A DNA stretch of 64,000 bases. Source: Dicyema japonicum. Its lineage: Eukaryota; Animalia; Dicyemida. The DNA lies in the NCBI GenBank assembly GCA_011109175.1, contig RDEW01000009.1, forward strand, positions 640,875 through 704,874, read 5' to 3'. Within the stretch, counting starts at the first letter, position 1; every line of letters starts with the position of its first letter. A model generated the notes under the pieces. It was not told where the DNA came from. It saw only the letters and a program-made list of their open reading frames with translations, and ran no database searches. Position numbers and translations under genes: made by a program. Shown here piece after piece: positions 26,215 through 40,323 of the stretch.

Positions 26215-26899
26215 CTTCTTTTACAATTCGTAGAAGCCCTTTTCGTTATTTCGACTTGCCACGTGAAATTGAATAATTTTTTTATGATTTAATTTTTATT
26301 CTTTTTATTTTTATTAACTATTTTTATTTAATCGATATTTTAAAATACTATAATTTTCTGTATCTGTATAATTACTATTATTTCTGTATCTGTTTTTTAG
26401 GAGCCTCATGTGATTGATTCCCAAACAAAGATGTCCAAATATCTTTTTCACTAAAATGAAATAAAATGATATTTCTGCATGTTTTATGCAATGTTTATTT
26501 TTAAATTGCAATTTTATGATTTTCCTACTTATAACAATTAATCATCGTCGACTTTATTTAACATTACTTTTCATTATTCTAACTTTGAACAACTATGTTT
26601 ACGGACGTTATAGCTTCTGCATTTAGCCAGATATCTTTGTTTTTGGTTAAAAAATTGTTATTTTTGTTTATGCTTCAAGTTTGTTTAACAACAATATCGA
26701 CATAAGACTTTTTCCTTTAGCCTTCTTTGCCTCTTCTGCGGTGTATAATGCGTTTCTGCATTCCCGGTGTTAGTTAAAAGGAGTTGATTCACGTGGCGTC
26801 TCATACCAGTGACTTCCTTTCTATTTTCCAAATATTTTGTTCTGATAAGTTATAGTTATTTAATCCGACATTTGTTCCCGAGTTTCCAGGAGTCGACCC

Positions 26900-27470
26900 A
26901 ATATCTAATCCTCATCTCTTGTAAACGTTGACAATAAATCAATAGACTTGGTGCTCAGATGGCTTTGCTTCTCATCATGGTAGGGATTACTCTTACCCTC
27001 CTTCTCATCGTCATTCGCAATTCCCACTGCATCCAGTATTAATACTCTATTTAGTCTACTTAATCGTGACAGTCTGTATATAGGCTTTCACAGGACATTC
27101 TAGCTTCAGGGTCATTAAATTGTGTTTGTAGTACTTTCTGACGATCCCATCTCAAGTCAAAATTACTTGGACTTATAAACTTTCTTTATGAATTAATCCG
27201 AGTTTGCTTGCTAAGAGTTCATACTTGTTTTTCTTCTCGGCTTCGACATGCTTTATCGATTGTTAGGATGTAATTATCACTTTTATTAAATTTATTGTAT
27301 TCATAATTTATCGAATACAACAATGTCCGGTTTGTTGTTCTCAACTTTAGTATCAGTGGCGAGATTGTATCTACGCGTATTTCTACAAATTCGTTGACAA
27401 TCACTGATTGTACTGACTGAGTCTTTAATTTTTTGATTTTTTTATTCCAATTGGCGACATAGATGCAGGT
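26900..27470 (-). mobile_element. R4/NeSL-like RLE retrotransposon 3' region
   Basis: Minus strand VEIRVDT..STDTKVENNKPDIVVFDK, EAEKKNKYELLASKLGLIH, LTWDGIVRKY and KAYIQ (PD..D restriction-like endonuclease). Confidence 0.75.
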
Positions 27471-27543
27471 ATATACTGTTTATTTTTGTGTTTGCTAAAC
27501 TTTTTGATTCTGAGTCAATTCAACGTTAATAGATTTCATGATC

Positions 27544-27770
27544 GCGTGGCGCCATGTGGTGCTACGTGGATAGTTGTATTTTCCTTCCTTCCGATGACGT
27601 CACTGGATCCACCTTCTGAAGAGGCGCCCAATGCCTGGCCGGCATCAAAAGGATCTAACAATTCTTCCCCGGAGACAACGTCGTTACCTGGTGTTAAGTT
27701 CTGGAATGCTGTAACGAGTCAGGATCGAGGAGTTAGTTAGTTTGGTTACCCTTGGTCTTTAGAAATAATT
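27544..27770 (+). mobile_element. Family B short retroelement with ribozyme-like motif at 27596-27656
   Basis: Starts CGCGTGGCGCCATGTGGTGCT like family A. GGATCC/GGATCT, ATGCC/GGCAT, CAAAA. Confidence 0.75.
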
Positions 27771-27799
27771 TTAATTTTTTTTAATTACGAAAATTCTGA

Positions 27800-28420
27800 A
27801 AACAGGAAAACCGAATGAATATTCATCCAAATGCCCTGTCTCTATAACTTGCACTACATAAAAAGTGCTGGAGAGTCTTATTCTGATGCCAATCTACCCT
27901 GCTCCGCCGAAGCCTATGTTCCAGCATTTTGTAAGGAATGGCGATCTACCATGACTTATTTGGATCTGTTTCCCAATTCATCACGGATTTCTTCAACAAG
28001 AATACTCACAAGACGTTCTAATATCATCGACATACAGAAGGCCTTAAACTCTTTCGAGGCCGCTCTTAACTAAGAAGATTTTGATGCTAAATATACATTC
28101 GGACATAAAACTATGGCTGGAAAATTTTATTTCGGGCCGACGTGGAAGAGTTCACGTTTATCGCACTTACTTCATATAGGGTCTCAATAGAATCCCCCTG
28201 TCTTTTTTCTACACAATATGGCAATTTCGAGGTCCATAATACGTTACTTCTATTCTATGCGGACAAACATAGAACTGCCGTTCGTGGTCCAGTCACATAT
28301 TTACAGGATGTATGACGACTACTTTTTGTATGTATCGGTGGCAAAATTTCAGTTCACCAATTTCACTTCAGATAGGAGGTATAAGATTAATTTGAATTAT
28401 TTCTAGGAGATATACGCATC
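27800..28420 (+). mobile_element. Degraded Ingi-like RT fragments
   Basis: IIDIQKALNS (RT motif remnant); GGGCCGACGTGGAAGAGTTCAC resembles 46507-46530. Confidence 0.5.
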
Positions 28421-28895
28421 CCACTCCGAAAATGCCGGAAGATCCTTGGTGTCACTTTAGACTCGTTAATTACGTTTTCTCATAATGCTGAGAAAGTCAT
28501 AACCAGGGGGCTTCGAAAGTAAAATGTCTTAATGGCTATTGCAAAAGAGTCCACTCTCTCCTGTTACCTGCGTGATAATGTATTCGACTTCCTGTACTCC
28601 TTGTGTGAATAAAATTAAGTGACCTATTATTTTTGTGCAATGACCGACATCTAGAAAAATTATCAAGAAAAATCGATTACATCTAAGATGAAATGAAATT
28701 ACGTTAATATGTAGAAAACTAGCGACCTTTAGAAGAACCAAATCGAATCGCTCTTAGTAATCATGCATGTCTACGTCGGATCCTGAAAGTCCAAGGCAAA
28801 TAAAAAGATCACATATTTATCTAAAATAAAACTGTAACATTTAAGTGGCAAAACTTATAAATTCGAAAAAAAAGTTAACATTTAAAACTCAAAAA

Positions 28896-29393
28896 TTACT
28901 TTAAATTTAAACCAGAAAACTTTTGGTATGCAAATGTGAACTTAGGAGGAGGAGGAAATTGTGAGGAAGAGTGAAATTTAAAATTATATTCAAACAATTG
29001 TTGATTTAATTGGGGTTTTCCAATTGTGATTTTTTCGGATGTTGAAAAATCTGGAATCCTATTATTTTTAGTAAATATATCAATCATGTCTTGTTCATAT
29101 TCTACTTGAGCAGGTGTACGTAAACTCAAATGGTCGAATGTTTCCGTAAAATCTGATAAACTGGTAAGTTTTTTCCCAGTGTCTAGTAAATTAAAATCTA
29201 TTAAAGACGACGTAGTTTCTATTCGAATTTCATCGTTAGTTGGAATTTTATTCCTTGAATTTAAATTAGGAACTTCAGTCTTTTCCTTAAAACCATGTCG
29301 TGAAGAGAAATTTGGACGATTTCGTGGAACCTTTGGAGTAATATTTTGCTCTGGTTTCATCGTCAATAAAATTATATTACTGTTCTCATTCAT
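28896..29393 (-). CDS. Intronless orphan ORF, 165 aa
   Basis: ATG-to-TAA open frame flanked by very AT-rich intergenic-like DNA; no recognisable domain. Confidence 0.5.
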   Translation of the reverse strand: MNENSNIILLTMKPEQNITPKVPRNRPNFSSRHGFKEKTEVPNLNSRNKIPTNDEIRIETTSSLIDFNLLDTGKKLTSLSDFTETFDHLSLRTPAQVEYEQDMIDIFTKNNRIPDFSTSEKITIGKPQLNQQLFEYNFKFHSSSQFPPPPKFTFAYQKFSGLNLK

Positions 29394-29699
29394 AAATTTT
29401 TATTTATATCATTTTTAATTATAACTATATAAAATTTAAATATTTTAAAATTCTATTTATTTGGTAGATTGATTAATTTATAATTTCTAAATTTATTAAC
29501 CGGATCTCTTTGGAAATGAAACTCCGGATCAGAACATTGAATAATGAAATAAAGTCCAAAGAGCTCAGGGTCCAGAGGTTGAAGTGGAATCGTGTGCCTA
29601 CAACAGTAAATCGAAATCGTTCTATGGGAGGTGTGGAAAGCTACTCGAAGCGTGAAAAAGGCGATAAAATTTCATTGAGGAAGATTATTTTCAGAGATG

Positions 29700-31030
29700 T
29701 GAACAACTTAATAAAATTCCAAAATTTCACACAAGAAGTTCAGGAAATCGGATACACTATTATCACTCAGAAAACTGAAGAAAGTGTCAGAGCCGCAGTT
29801 CTCAGAGAGATGTGAGGGATACTCTATATTCCGCAAAAAACAACATACTCTTACGGACCAGACAACATTCCGGTTATTCTATTGAAAAATCTTGGAGATG
29901 AGGAAGTTACTTTTATGACGTCGATTTTCAATTATTCGATTAACCAAAATGTGATACCGTTATTATGGACCAGGCACTAAAACGGCCAATACTGAAACCT
30001 GTAAGACCAAAAGATGACCCAGCGTCTTTTAGACAGATATCATTACTACGTTCTATTTCAAAAATCCTGGAGAGGCTTATTCTCAGGAGAATAAAAGAAT
30101 TCTTACCAGAGAGTCCTTTTCAACACGGATTCAAAAAAAATGAGAGAACCACATTTACAGTTACAAACATTGACCGTGTATATTCGAGTCGGATTTGCAA
30201 ACAAGCCAAGCCGAGACATTTAAAACAGTGCTCTGCTCGATCGACATACACAAAGAATTTGACTCAGTGTCGAGAAAAATATTTCAATCAGAGATCCCAG
30301 GGAAGCTCAGGTTTTTGATCACCAACTTCTTAAATGAACGAAGAGAACGTGTATGCCTCGCAGAATCGAAATCCATCTCACGTCTGCTCCCGAACGGAGT
30401 CCATCAATTATCTCCTTCATCCCCTGCTATGTTTAACCTCTTACTGGCCAATCTCCAGACTCTCGAATCTGATAGTGATGTTATACTCTTTTATAATGAT
30501 GATATTGTTTTGGCTACGCGAGATCTGAAGATCCAAAGGCCAAAGAAAGAATACAAATTAACCTGGACCAGCTTAACGCCTGGATAATGAAAAACCGGCT
30601 TATGGTGAATGCAGAGAAGTCGTCTACGCCCCTTTTACCTTGGACAAAATATAAGTTTTGGGTGAAATTAAAAGATTGGAAAAAAAGACAGTCACCTTGA
30701 AGCTAAGCAAGGTCGACATCCCTTTCAACAGATGTCAAAGAATCTTGGTGTGATACTTTGATATGCATCTCTGTCTGACATCACACGTAAAAAACATTCT
30801 TTTGAAATGCGAGAAGAAACTGAACGTATTAAAAAGTTCATCGGGAGTGGTACTCACCCGGTCCTGGTGAACGTATACAGACAGTTCATCGAACAATGTT
30901 TCTCATATGCATGCGCCTCGTGGGACCGTCCATATCTTGGACAAATATGATAAGATCGAGGAAATGCAAAAGAGGGCTTTCAAAGTAACGGAATGCTGGA
31001 TTTGTGGAGATCACCGAACCGGAGTGATGC
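29700..31030 (+). mobile_element. Degenerate Ingi-like LINE (RT and post-RT)
   Basis: SYGPDNIPVILLK, FRQISLLRSISKILERLI, PFQHGFK, SIDIHKEFDSV, YNDDIV. Confidence 0.8.
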
Positions 31031-31737
31031 CTCTGCTACTTTTGTCCTGAACAAAGTTAAAAAGAACTGGATTAACACGAGATGATCAAGTATTTTATTC
31101 GGCTAGAACTATAAAACATCTTTGTTAAACTACTCCTATAATACAATTCGTCCACATGGTCGATGATCATGCTGAAGAAACTCTACCTATTTATTTTATC
31201 AGATAGTCCTTCCCCCGTCACACTTCTTTAAGTAGAGTTAACATGTTCCTGCAAAAATGACTCATAAAAGCGTCAGGAAATTATCACCTAATTGATTGAT
31301 TTGGTTCCTAACATTATTTGATATCAGAAAGATCAGTTTAACTTATTTGATATCAATTTGCTAAAAAAATAACGCATATTTTATAATGCAGATTATTATG
31401 CCACAGAATATACTAGTCTTTTCCATTCTCATCTGTTTAAAATCAAACTCATCAGATCGTATAGGTTTTGCATCTCAGTGTTTTTTAAGGTTCCAGATCC
31501 CCATTCAGAACATTGGGACTCGTAAATTCTTAGTTTTAATTTAATTTCTACGCGACCGATTAGCGTTCTATCCCATTGTGGTCAAGACAACTGGAGAAAT
31601 AAGTGGAAAATCGCTTCGCTTCCTAAAGAAACCCGGTGACTTCTCCAGTTGATCTCTGTTGCAATCGTGAGAGGCAATGCAACGTCGATAATGTCGGCAG
31701 TGTCCACTTTGGATGGATGGCTGTGTTAATTAATTAT

Positions 31738-33400
31738 TTATTTGTTGATTACTGAAATAATATAAAAAGTCGGGTCCAGTCTGAGGATATGTCCAAATAG
31801 TCGCCATCTCGATAAAATAACATCGGTGCTGAGTGGTCTGGATTTACATCGTGAATATAGATTTTCATTTGAGATTTTTCTCGGCCAAAAAATTCCAATC
31901 AACATGCGGAGTTGGTTCCTGTGAAAAGTATCTAGCTTCTCTAAATCAATTTTAGAACATGCCCATGTTCCGGAATTGTATAGCAAAATTGGTTTAACAA
32001 ACGTGTCGTATAGTCTGACACGAAGATTCAGTGATACATGTTTTTTCCTTATCTAAATTTGGTACATTTTTTTGAAGTATATGGTAATCAGCATTTTCCT
32101 TCGACAAATATCCTCAGCATCACCTAGCAGTGAGCCGAGTTTTTTGGTATGTCTCCAGCACTCATCGTTCCTTGATTCTGCTCGTTCGACTCGTGTATAA
32201 TCAGTTTTTTTAATGTTTATGCGTAAGTCCCAATTCTTAAAAATACGTTCGGCTTGAAGTAAAATTTGGTCAAGTATTTCTTGGTCGGTAGACACAAAGT
32301 CTACATCATCCGCATAAATTAACTCTGTTATGTCCCGGTATTTAGGACCCATGACATTTCTCAATTCCTTGAGCGCAGCTTCGAGGTAAACAATAAATAT
32401 AATTGTGGACAAGGAATCTCCTTGTGGAGTGCCCATGTTGGTACTGAAACTCTTCGACTGCTTTGTTCCTATTCTCACGGATAGGTCAGTTTCGGAAAGT
32501 AATAAACTTATTAGTCTCAGGCAGTCCTCGTCAAGCAGTTCCTTTAGAACAATCATGAGTTTTTCTCTATTGATGCTGTCAAAAGCCTTCGTTAGATCAA
32601 TTCCTAGGATGTATATTACTTTCGTGTATTTTTGACATATTGATGTGAGCCATCGATGACTCCACACAATATCTGAGGTTGATCTTCCACTTCTAAACTC
32701 ACTTTGACTTAGGGAAAGGTATTTTTCCACTGGCTCTCGTATACGGTTAAGCACTATGATCGATAAGGTTTTCCTGATAACTGACAATAGAATAATAGGT
32801 CTTAGTCTGTCCAACGACCCTTCTTTTTTCCCAGGTTTATGTATTGGAATTAAGACTCCATGTCCCAAAGGAAGTGGACAGTGAAGTTCCATCGACTCAT
32901 TTAAGATATTCGTGATTATATTCCCAACAGTAACCGGGGTATGTTTTAGTAACTCACCTGGAATGCCATCATAACCAGCCGACCGATTTCCCTTTAGATG
33001 CATAAATGCATCGGTTACTTCCTTTATTGTAATTTTGTTTGTAAGGGGTCTCGGATATCCAATAAATTTAGGTACATTCATCCCTTCAGATTTAAACAAC
33101 GACTCGAAGTGTCTAGCAATATAATTTGCTTTATCCTCAGGGTTTTGAAGATATTGACCTTCGTCGTCACAGACTTTTAGTGGTTTCTTTGCAGTTCCTC
33201 GTATAAGTAGTCTAACAGCAGAGAACATTCGTCTTCCATACTGACAGTTTTCGATTTCAGTTGCTTTATCGTCCAAATATTTGTGCCAAAGGATATTTGA
33301 TCGTCTTCTTATCAGATGCGATATTTGATTGCGTTTTCTCCTTAATGCACATTTATTCGAATTTGAACTTCTCAGTTTCGAACGTATTTCTTTAAGAGAA
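31738..33400 (-). mobile_element. RTE-clade retrotransposon reverse transcriptase, nearly intact
   Basis: 407-aa ORF with GYDGIPGELLK, RPIILLS, IDLTKAFDS, GTPQGDSLS and YADD. A single in-frame TAG at 32053-32055 (conserved IW position), then LYNSGTW...RWRLFGHILRL in the same frame. Confidence 0.92.
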
Positions 33401-33420
33401 CTGTATTCAATTATGTTCCC

Positions 33421-33985
33421 TTGTTAAGAGAACTGTATTCTATTATGTTCCCTAATCATAACTTGGTCATTTCTCTCCAAAACTGAGTTTAGGTACCTTT
33501 TTTCCTTGTCTGAGACCTTATTTAATATAACCTCCATACTAGATTACGTTGAATAATTCTCTTAATATTTAGATCGATTATACGCTAATAAACATATGTA
33601 GTTATAACAGGTTTATAAGTATTACTTAAATTTTAATCATTAAGACATTATGTGGTTCATCTGTCCAAGGAGATGACATTCATGCCTGCATACAAAAATG
33701 ATATCTCTCTTTCCTACTCTACTAGAGAGTTTCCACAACAATTGATATTGATGAGAGTGATGCTAGCCTCACACTGGGATCAATAGTTAGTTGAGGACTC
33801 TCTTTTCCTTTAACTCGGTGATCCTGGAAATAAATATTTTAGTTTATTGAACCAAAAAACCACCGTCAAATCCAAAATAATAAAATTCAGGTAATCCCAG
33901 CCTCCCTCAACAGTCTCCGCATCTTTTCTCGGTGTTCGACTGCGTTTCCGATATGGACGGGGTCCGCATACTAGAGTCCTTCGCA
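33421..33985 (-). repeat. Inverted near-identical duplicate of 47210-47784 (LINE 3' end plus promoter and exon 1 of the synaptotagmin-like gene)
   Basis: Reverse complement matches 47210-47784 with a few substitutions and indels, including a 10-bp deletion. Confidence 0.92.
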
Positions 33986-34110
33986 AATGTCGATTTTGTA
34001 ACGGGATAAATCTTCGGATAATAGTTCCCTCTTGATCAGAGATGAGAGGCCACGAACATTGTATGTGGCGATGGAAAACAAGGATTTTACATTTAGACAT
34101 GATAAAGACA
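33986..34110 (-). mobile_element. RTE APE N-terminus
   Basis: SIATYNVRGLSSLIKRELLSEDLSRYKIDIC. Confidence 0.8.
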
Positions 34111-34287
34111 TGAATTTTTCTAGAGAAGAAAAACAGAAGCACGTCACCACTTCAACCAAAATTATAAAAATAAGTGCAAAAGTAATTCCTAATTTAAGGT
34201 CCGAATTTGACAAATCATAATAATTTTTATATTTTATTAAAAGCGAAAATAATATAATTTAAATATTTATTAAATCCACTTTGTGGA

Positions 34288-37200
34288 ATGTTTACTAAGC
34301 GAAAAGACGAATCTAAAAAGGGACCTCATTTAATGTCAAAGGTACTAGATCCGCGCAAGGAAAGTTATTCGAGAATGCGTGCAATGTGCCATTTGATTGG
34401 TTGATTTCCTATTTACTCCAGTTACGAACATTTCCAGTCAAAAAACGAGCTAAAAAAATTTGTAGAAAATTCCCACCGTGAAATATTTTTCATTTTTTAC
34501 GACAATTTCCTCGTCATAGAATCCCTTATGAAACAAAGAGGTCGAATGGAGTTGTTTTAGTGTAGTAAACAAAGCCAACATGGTTGATATGAATTGCGCA
34601 CTTCTCGTCCTCGATGTTTTATTCATTAATTACTTTAAGGTTATCATTGCCTTCCTTCATCCGTTTTTGGGCGGAAGACTTTGGAATTACAATTCTATGA
34701 GTAACCCCTATTTTATTATTAAGTTTCAATCTTCCAAAAACTGACTGCGAGCTCTAATAAATTCAATGTTGCCTTCTCCTTTATTGGTAGTATCGGATTA
34801 GTGGAATTCGGCTATTTCTTAGATGGTTTCAGACCCTAAAGCCCTATACTCCAAAAGACGCTATTGATCTGTTCTCATCTATCGTTTCCTCCGTTAGTCA
34901 TTCCCCCGTCATTGCATTTCGACCCCCTAGTTATATTGTTAATAACTCTCCAGCTTCTATGAAAATTACGTCTTTGCCTATTTTTGGTTCAGTTCCTTCT
35001 CAAACAGGTGATAAGACCCCTGAACAAACAACCATTGAAGTCTTTCGAGCTTTTTTGTATCTTTTATCCCAAGAGGTTGACAATTTTTTCTTATTTCAGG
35101 TAATGAGGGTGGAATGGGGTGATGAAGAGGAAAAGAGGGACGCTTCATTCGAATTCCTTTTTGATAATCTTAACAAGTTTTATTTATCCCAAATATTCTC
35201 CCTCTCAGATTGTAGTATTCTGCACCCTTCTTCAGGTTTTAGAGTGATTGACTTAAAGAGCTCTTAAGTTCTTCTTCTCTGGTTTCAAAGATAAACAACC
35301 TCTCACGGTTCAACATGTTGACTCAGGAAGTTGTAATTCGATGGTTAGCCCACAATCTTAGATTTTCTGTTGACAGACGCTCCTCGCTAAAATGCCCGTA
35401 ATTATTTTGTTTATGTCAGTTTTGGGAATTCGACGATTAATCTATTCGATAACACGGAAACTCCAGATCTTGGTTCTTCCTTTCGTCCCTCAGAAACAGT
35501 GAATGCTTAAATTATTCCAGTCCTCTTCCGGGACCAGTCAACTAATCCACAGCGAAATCAATTTTGTCCGTCGAGCCTTAACAAATGAAGAAAGTGACAA
35601 CCTCACAAAAACTGATGAGAAGAGTACTTTTGTCCAGTCGATCAAATTACGTAGTAATAGTCAATTACATTTTCCAGCAGGTATTATTGACAGTCATTTT
35701 AGGCATTTCACATGCCAATACAATTCGAACAATGTATGCTGTCAGTCCTCAGTTTGTTCAAGGAGTGGCTAATCTCTATTGTATTACGACTTACTATTTT
35801 TAGACTGATAACAATAATCTCCCTGGGTTCTTAGATCTCTCCGTTAAAGTATTGTTTTATTTAACGTAGAATGAGTTTTCCGTAGACCATCAACATTTTT
35901 ACATATATTTTCTGACAAACTCAGCCAACACATTCATAATTCCTCCTTCATCTGACTCTAGCGTTATGGAATTGCAGGTATATTTAGTAATCACCTCACA
36001 GTTGACCGTTTGTAACCGCATTATTGTATTGTACCATTATATCGCTTCCAATCTGCCCCTGTCCCAGAACACATGGTAATCAGAATGCATATAGTTCAGG
36101 GCTCATATCATCAACGTGCTAATGCACATTATATCTACTATTATGCAGAATGCTGAAACCCAACGAAGTAATGATTTGTCCTCGAGTTCAACTTCCAATG
36201 TGGAATGGGTTTTATTTTCCGATAAATTGGCGAACATCCTTTTTGAGGTACAAATAGTTAATGTAGTCTTAGAGTATTTTGGTTTCTATAATTAGAAGTT
36301 CTCTTGCCACATCGATAAACAAAGATTTGTGGAATAGACTCACTCGGTTTCTTTCATCTTTAAATTACTCAGATGCTCTTATTGCTGAATGGTCGGTTAG
36401 GATTTCTTTGATATTTTAGAAAATTATGATGAGTCTGACAAAAGTGCTTGCCCTACATGCTTACAATATTAATTTGTCCTCTCTACCCTTAGATATGATT
36501 TTGGAGAGGAAGGAGAAGATTAAGCAAAGAGCTGGTTTGTTTTTTGACTTAATATAGTCATCAATGAACATCTGAACACTCAGTCTAATGTGGATACTGA
36601 TCTCAACCGAATTTGGGGGAGTCTTTCTGGATTGTGGCTGTACCCAAATTTGTGGAAAGCAGTTCTAGCTTAACCAATGAAAATGGTTCAATTTAATTAT
36701 GCATTTTAGTTGAAACCAGTGTAAAAAAACGAATATCTCAGGTTGTGGAAGAAACACACACAACTGAGACAAATCTCCTAGTCCAGTCTCATTCTGTTCA
36801 AAAACAGATAGTTACTCCAATCTACGAGATTACGGCTTATCTAATGAATTATATTTGAACGAAGAGGATCATTCATTAAACACAGATGAGAATGAACATG
36901 TTGGTGATACGGTTTACACTGTCGAATCTAAAGAAGAGATTGATGGTTTGGTATTTATTCTTACTCTTAGAGGACTTTAATAATGCGGCTTATGAGGATT
37001 TTAGAGATATTGGAAATAAGAGCCCAAACAGTACCATTCATGGTTTTCTGGTAAATTATATAAAGCTGTTCAAAATCGGGATTCTACTTTGGTCTCGGGA
37101 ATTTCAAAGAAGTCTTGTCCCTGGGTGGAATGCCGAAGCGGCAATGAAAATGTGGAAACATATTATTGGAATTATTGGAAATGTTAATGAAATTCCGGAT

Positions 37201-40200
37201 TCTTTTGTCCTCACCAAAGTTTACCTGTTTTTTTCTGGAACTTACTGAAAAGTTCATTTTGGTTGATTTTATTTTTTATTACCAGATACGCAAAAATCAG
37301 GCAATTTCAATTACCAACGTCGAGTCCCTTCCTCGTGCTGATTCTATTCCCCCGATTACCTTTATTATACCGTGGCTTTTTGATGTTTTAGCTCATTTTA
37401 CTCGTAGATGTGCTTTCAGCCAATCGAACAAAAGTCTGCACGTTTACTGGCATTTAAGATAATTTGTTTGATAATGGCAAACACAGCCCGTGACTCACTC
37501 ATTGATACTCAAAAGTTGAACATTTTTTACACAATTCTGCATGATTGTTCTGTTTCCTCCGACATTGTTTTATGTTTTGCTTATGTTAGGATATTGTCGG
37601 TAATTTGGTATACCACGCTCCATTAATTTGTCAATCTATGCTACCAGGACTATCTCTGTTTTATCTTGACCTGTTTGAAGCGTCCATGCAGGTTTTGTCA
37701 GTTTCGACAGGGAACGTTTCGTTAAACCATTTGAATGCTATAAAGACATTGTCTATACTGTTCAATTTCTCAATTGTCTTCTCAAATATCGACGTCCTGA
37801 GTTCACGACAAAACGAATTGGTTCTTGTTCCATGGTCTGATTTTAAAGTTGTTTTTTTTTGGTACAATTTCAAGGAACGGTTAATTCTGTGCATGATTAA
37901 CGAGGCAAAATCTCAGAAGGAAACAAAATCAAAGTAGTTCCACCTTACATGTTAGATGTCTGGCTCTAAACTGTGTTGGGAATATGGTTTACTGTCTTTT
38001 ATGCGATCTCAATACTGACTATATAATCACTGAAGCTGTTGATGTTCTTTTAGCCAACACTAAAGTATTGTTCTTGTAACATCAAGTCGAGCAACATTGA
38101 GGTAATCGACACATCTGTATCACTAATGAGACTGTTGTCTCAAATGGCTTGTAATTTTAAAGGGAAAATGTTGAATCTTCCTCGCAATATTGTAGAGGTT
38201 TGTCTGTTTACGTTTTTATAGTCATTATGTTCCTCCCTGGCTATTTTACCTACAATGATAGAATTGAGCGACAAATCCTTCCAAGTAATACTAGTATTTA
38301 AGATGAGACATATTCTGAACTTATTTTCTGTATTATTGACTGGTGTATGAGCATGCCATTCTCCATGCTTGTTGAGTCATCATTCTTTGATAAAATACTT
38401 CTTACCAATGTTTTTAAGGTCATTGTTAATAATTTATTAAAGGTTCTCATTGGTGCAAATCCCCTTAATAACAGTTCATCTGGATCTGAGAGACAGTCTA
38501 TGGCCGAAGAATTTAATCGTTCAAGTGATCATTCTAATTTTTCTGCTGACAAAGGAATCAAGGTTACTCAGTCTTTTGAAACACTTTCTCTTTCATCAGT
38601 CATTAAATACGTACTATATGTTTTTTATATTTAGGCTATTAATCACATTATCGAGAATTTGTTCATCTTGGACAGAGATTCAGCTCTAGTTTCAATGTCA
38701 AATGAAATTGACGAGACTGGAGACGGTTCTGAGTTGACTACAAAAGTACTGGATATGCCAAATCTCCAGGTTCTTGATTTTAAATATGTAGTTTTTCATA
38801 TCATCTTCGGACAACACAATATTCACGTTTATTAGACTACCAATGGTTTTATAAATGCTTACTGGTAGGATCATGGACTTGCCAAATGTAGAATTATTGT
38901 GAGAAGCCTGAGTGGGAGGCACAGCATCGATTTAGTGGACGGAGATATGCTTATTGATACCTGTCATCATTCTGATATCATGGCTGGTGGAGATAACACA
39001 TTATTGTTTGTTATTTTTGATTATTTTTTAGTAAATCTGCTAGTGTGGGCTCTAATAAACCAAATGATGATGTTTTGACCTCAAATGATGTCAGATCTCC
39101 CAACAAAGTGATTGATTACTTAATATCAGATATTGGAAGAGATTAATGATTCTCTTCCAGAATGCTTTTTTGAGAATAGTGGGAAAATTGATGAACCTGA
39201 TGAATGTAAATGCATTCCGGAAGAGGATTATGAGTACATACGGGAAGCTGTGGATTTATATGCTCAACTAGAACGGGAGTGGGCCTCATCTAACCTTAAA
39301 AAAAGCAGGTTATTCTGATTTGTCTAAGATTAAGACCTTCCAGAATTTCCACCACTCAGACTAACAAGTCAAATTCATGGAATTTTGACACGTGTCGTTC
39401 TTTTATCAATTTACTTGGATATTTCAGATTTCAGAAAAGGTCTATTTTTTAAGATATTAAAGTTGTTCGCTTTATTTGTTGAAAAAGAGTGAAAAACTTA
39501 TCAGAGAGTTGAAGTACCTGGACAGTCAGAAATGGTTGAATATTTGTAGTATTTGCAGTCGGGAAGTATACAAGATAGCAGTTGTGTATGTTGGGGAAGG
39601 ACAGGAGGACAGACAGTGTATTTTATCAAACACTAATGGGAGTGAATGCTTTGATAAATTCGTCTCTTGTCTCGGATGGAAAGTAGAACTTAAATCCCAC
39701 AGCGGATATATGGGGGGACTTTGTCAGCATTACGAAAATTCAGAATTTTCAGCTGCTGTGACATATTATTCTACCTCAACTCTCGAACTAATGTTTCACG
39801 TGTCAACTGAATTGTCGTCCTTCATTTCTGATTTTAATCAACGGGTTGCTATTGATTATGATCTGATAGCTAAGACACATTGGAAATGATGAAGTCCATA
39901 TTGTTTGGTCGGAAAATTGGAGGGATTATAGAAGGAGAATAATTACCACCGACTTTGCTGATGTTATTATCGTTATTTACCCCCTCAAATGCGGTATGTT
40001 CAGAATTCAACTTGATTTAAAACCTGCTTATGTTGTTGGGCTACTTTACTTTGTAGAAAGACATAAACTGTTGGCCTCTTTTTGACGGTGCTATTGTGAA
40101 TCAATACAGTCTTCCTGGACTTGTTCGTGCTGCTGCTATCAATATTAATAGAATTTTGAAGCAATCTAGTCAGTTTTACGTACCTTTGTATTTTGTGAGA

Positions 40201-40323
40201 TTTAATGTGTTTAGTTTTATGGAGAGGGACAATTATTTTGCTAGTATTTTCAAAAATTACTTAGACGATGTCCCCTTTGGAAACTTCTGTTATCAATCTT
40301 TTGAGCCTGGACATTCTATTTGA
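34288..40323 (+). CDS. RALGAPA1: Ral GTPase-activating protein catalytic subunit alpha
   Basis: N-terminus [25 protein letters not shown]...[10 protein letters not shown]; Rap/Ran-GAP domain [42 protein letters not shown]; many mini-introns. Exon map only partly traced. Confidence 0.88.

Noticed and set aside
26900-27470. Microsporidian host genome or contamination
   Set aside because: The element fragments are interleaved with intron-rich animal-type genes and carry insertions of local SINEs; read-level confirmation is still advisable.
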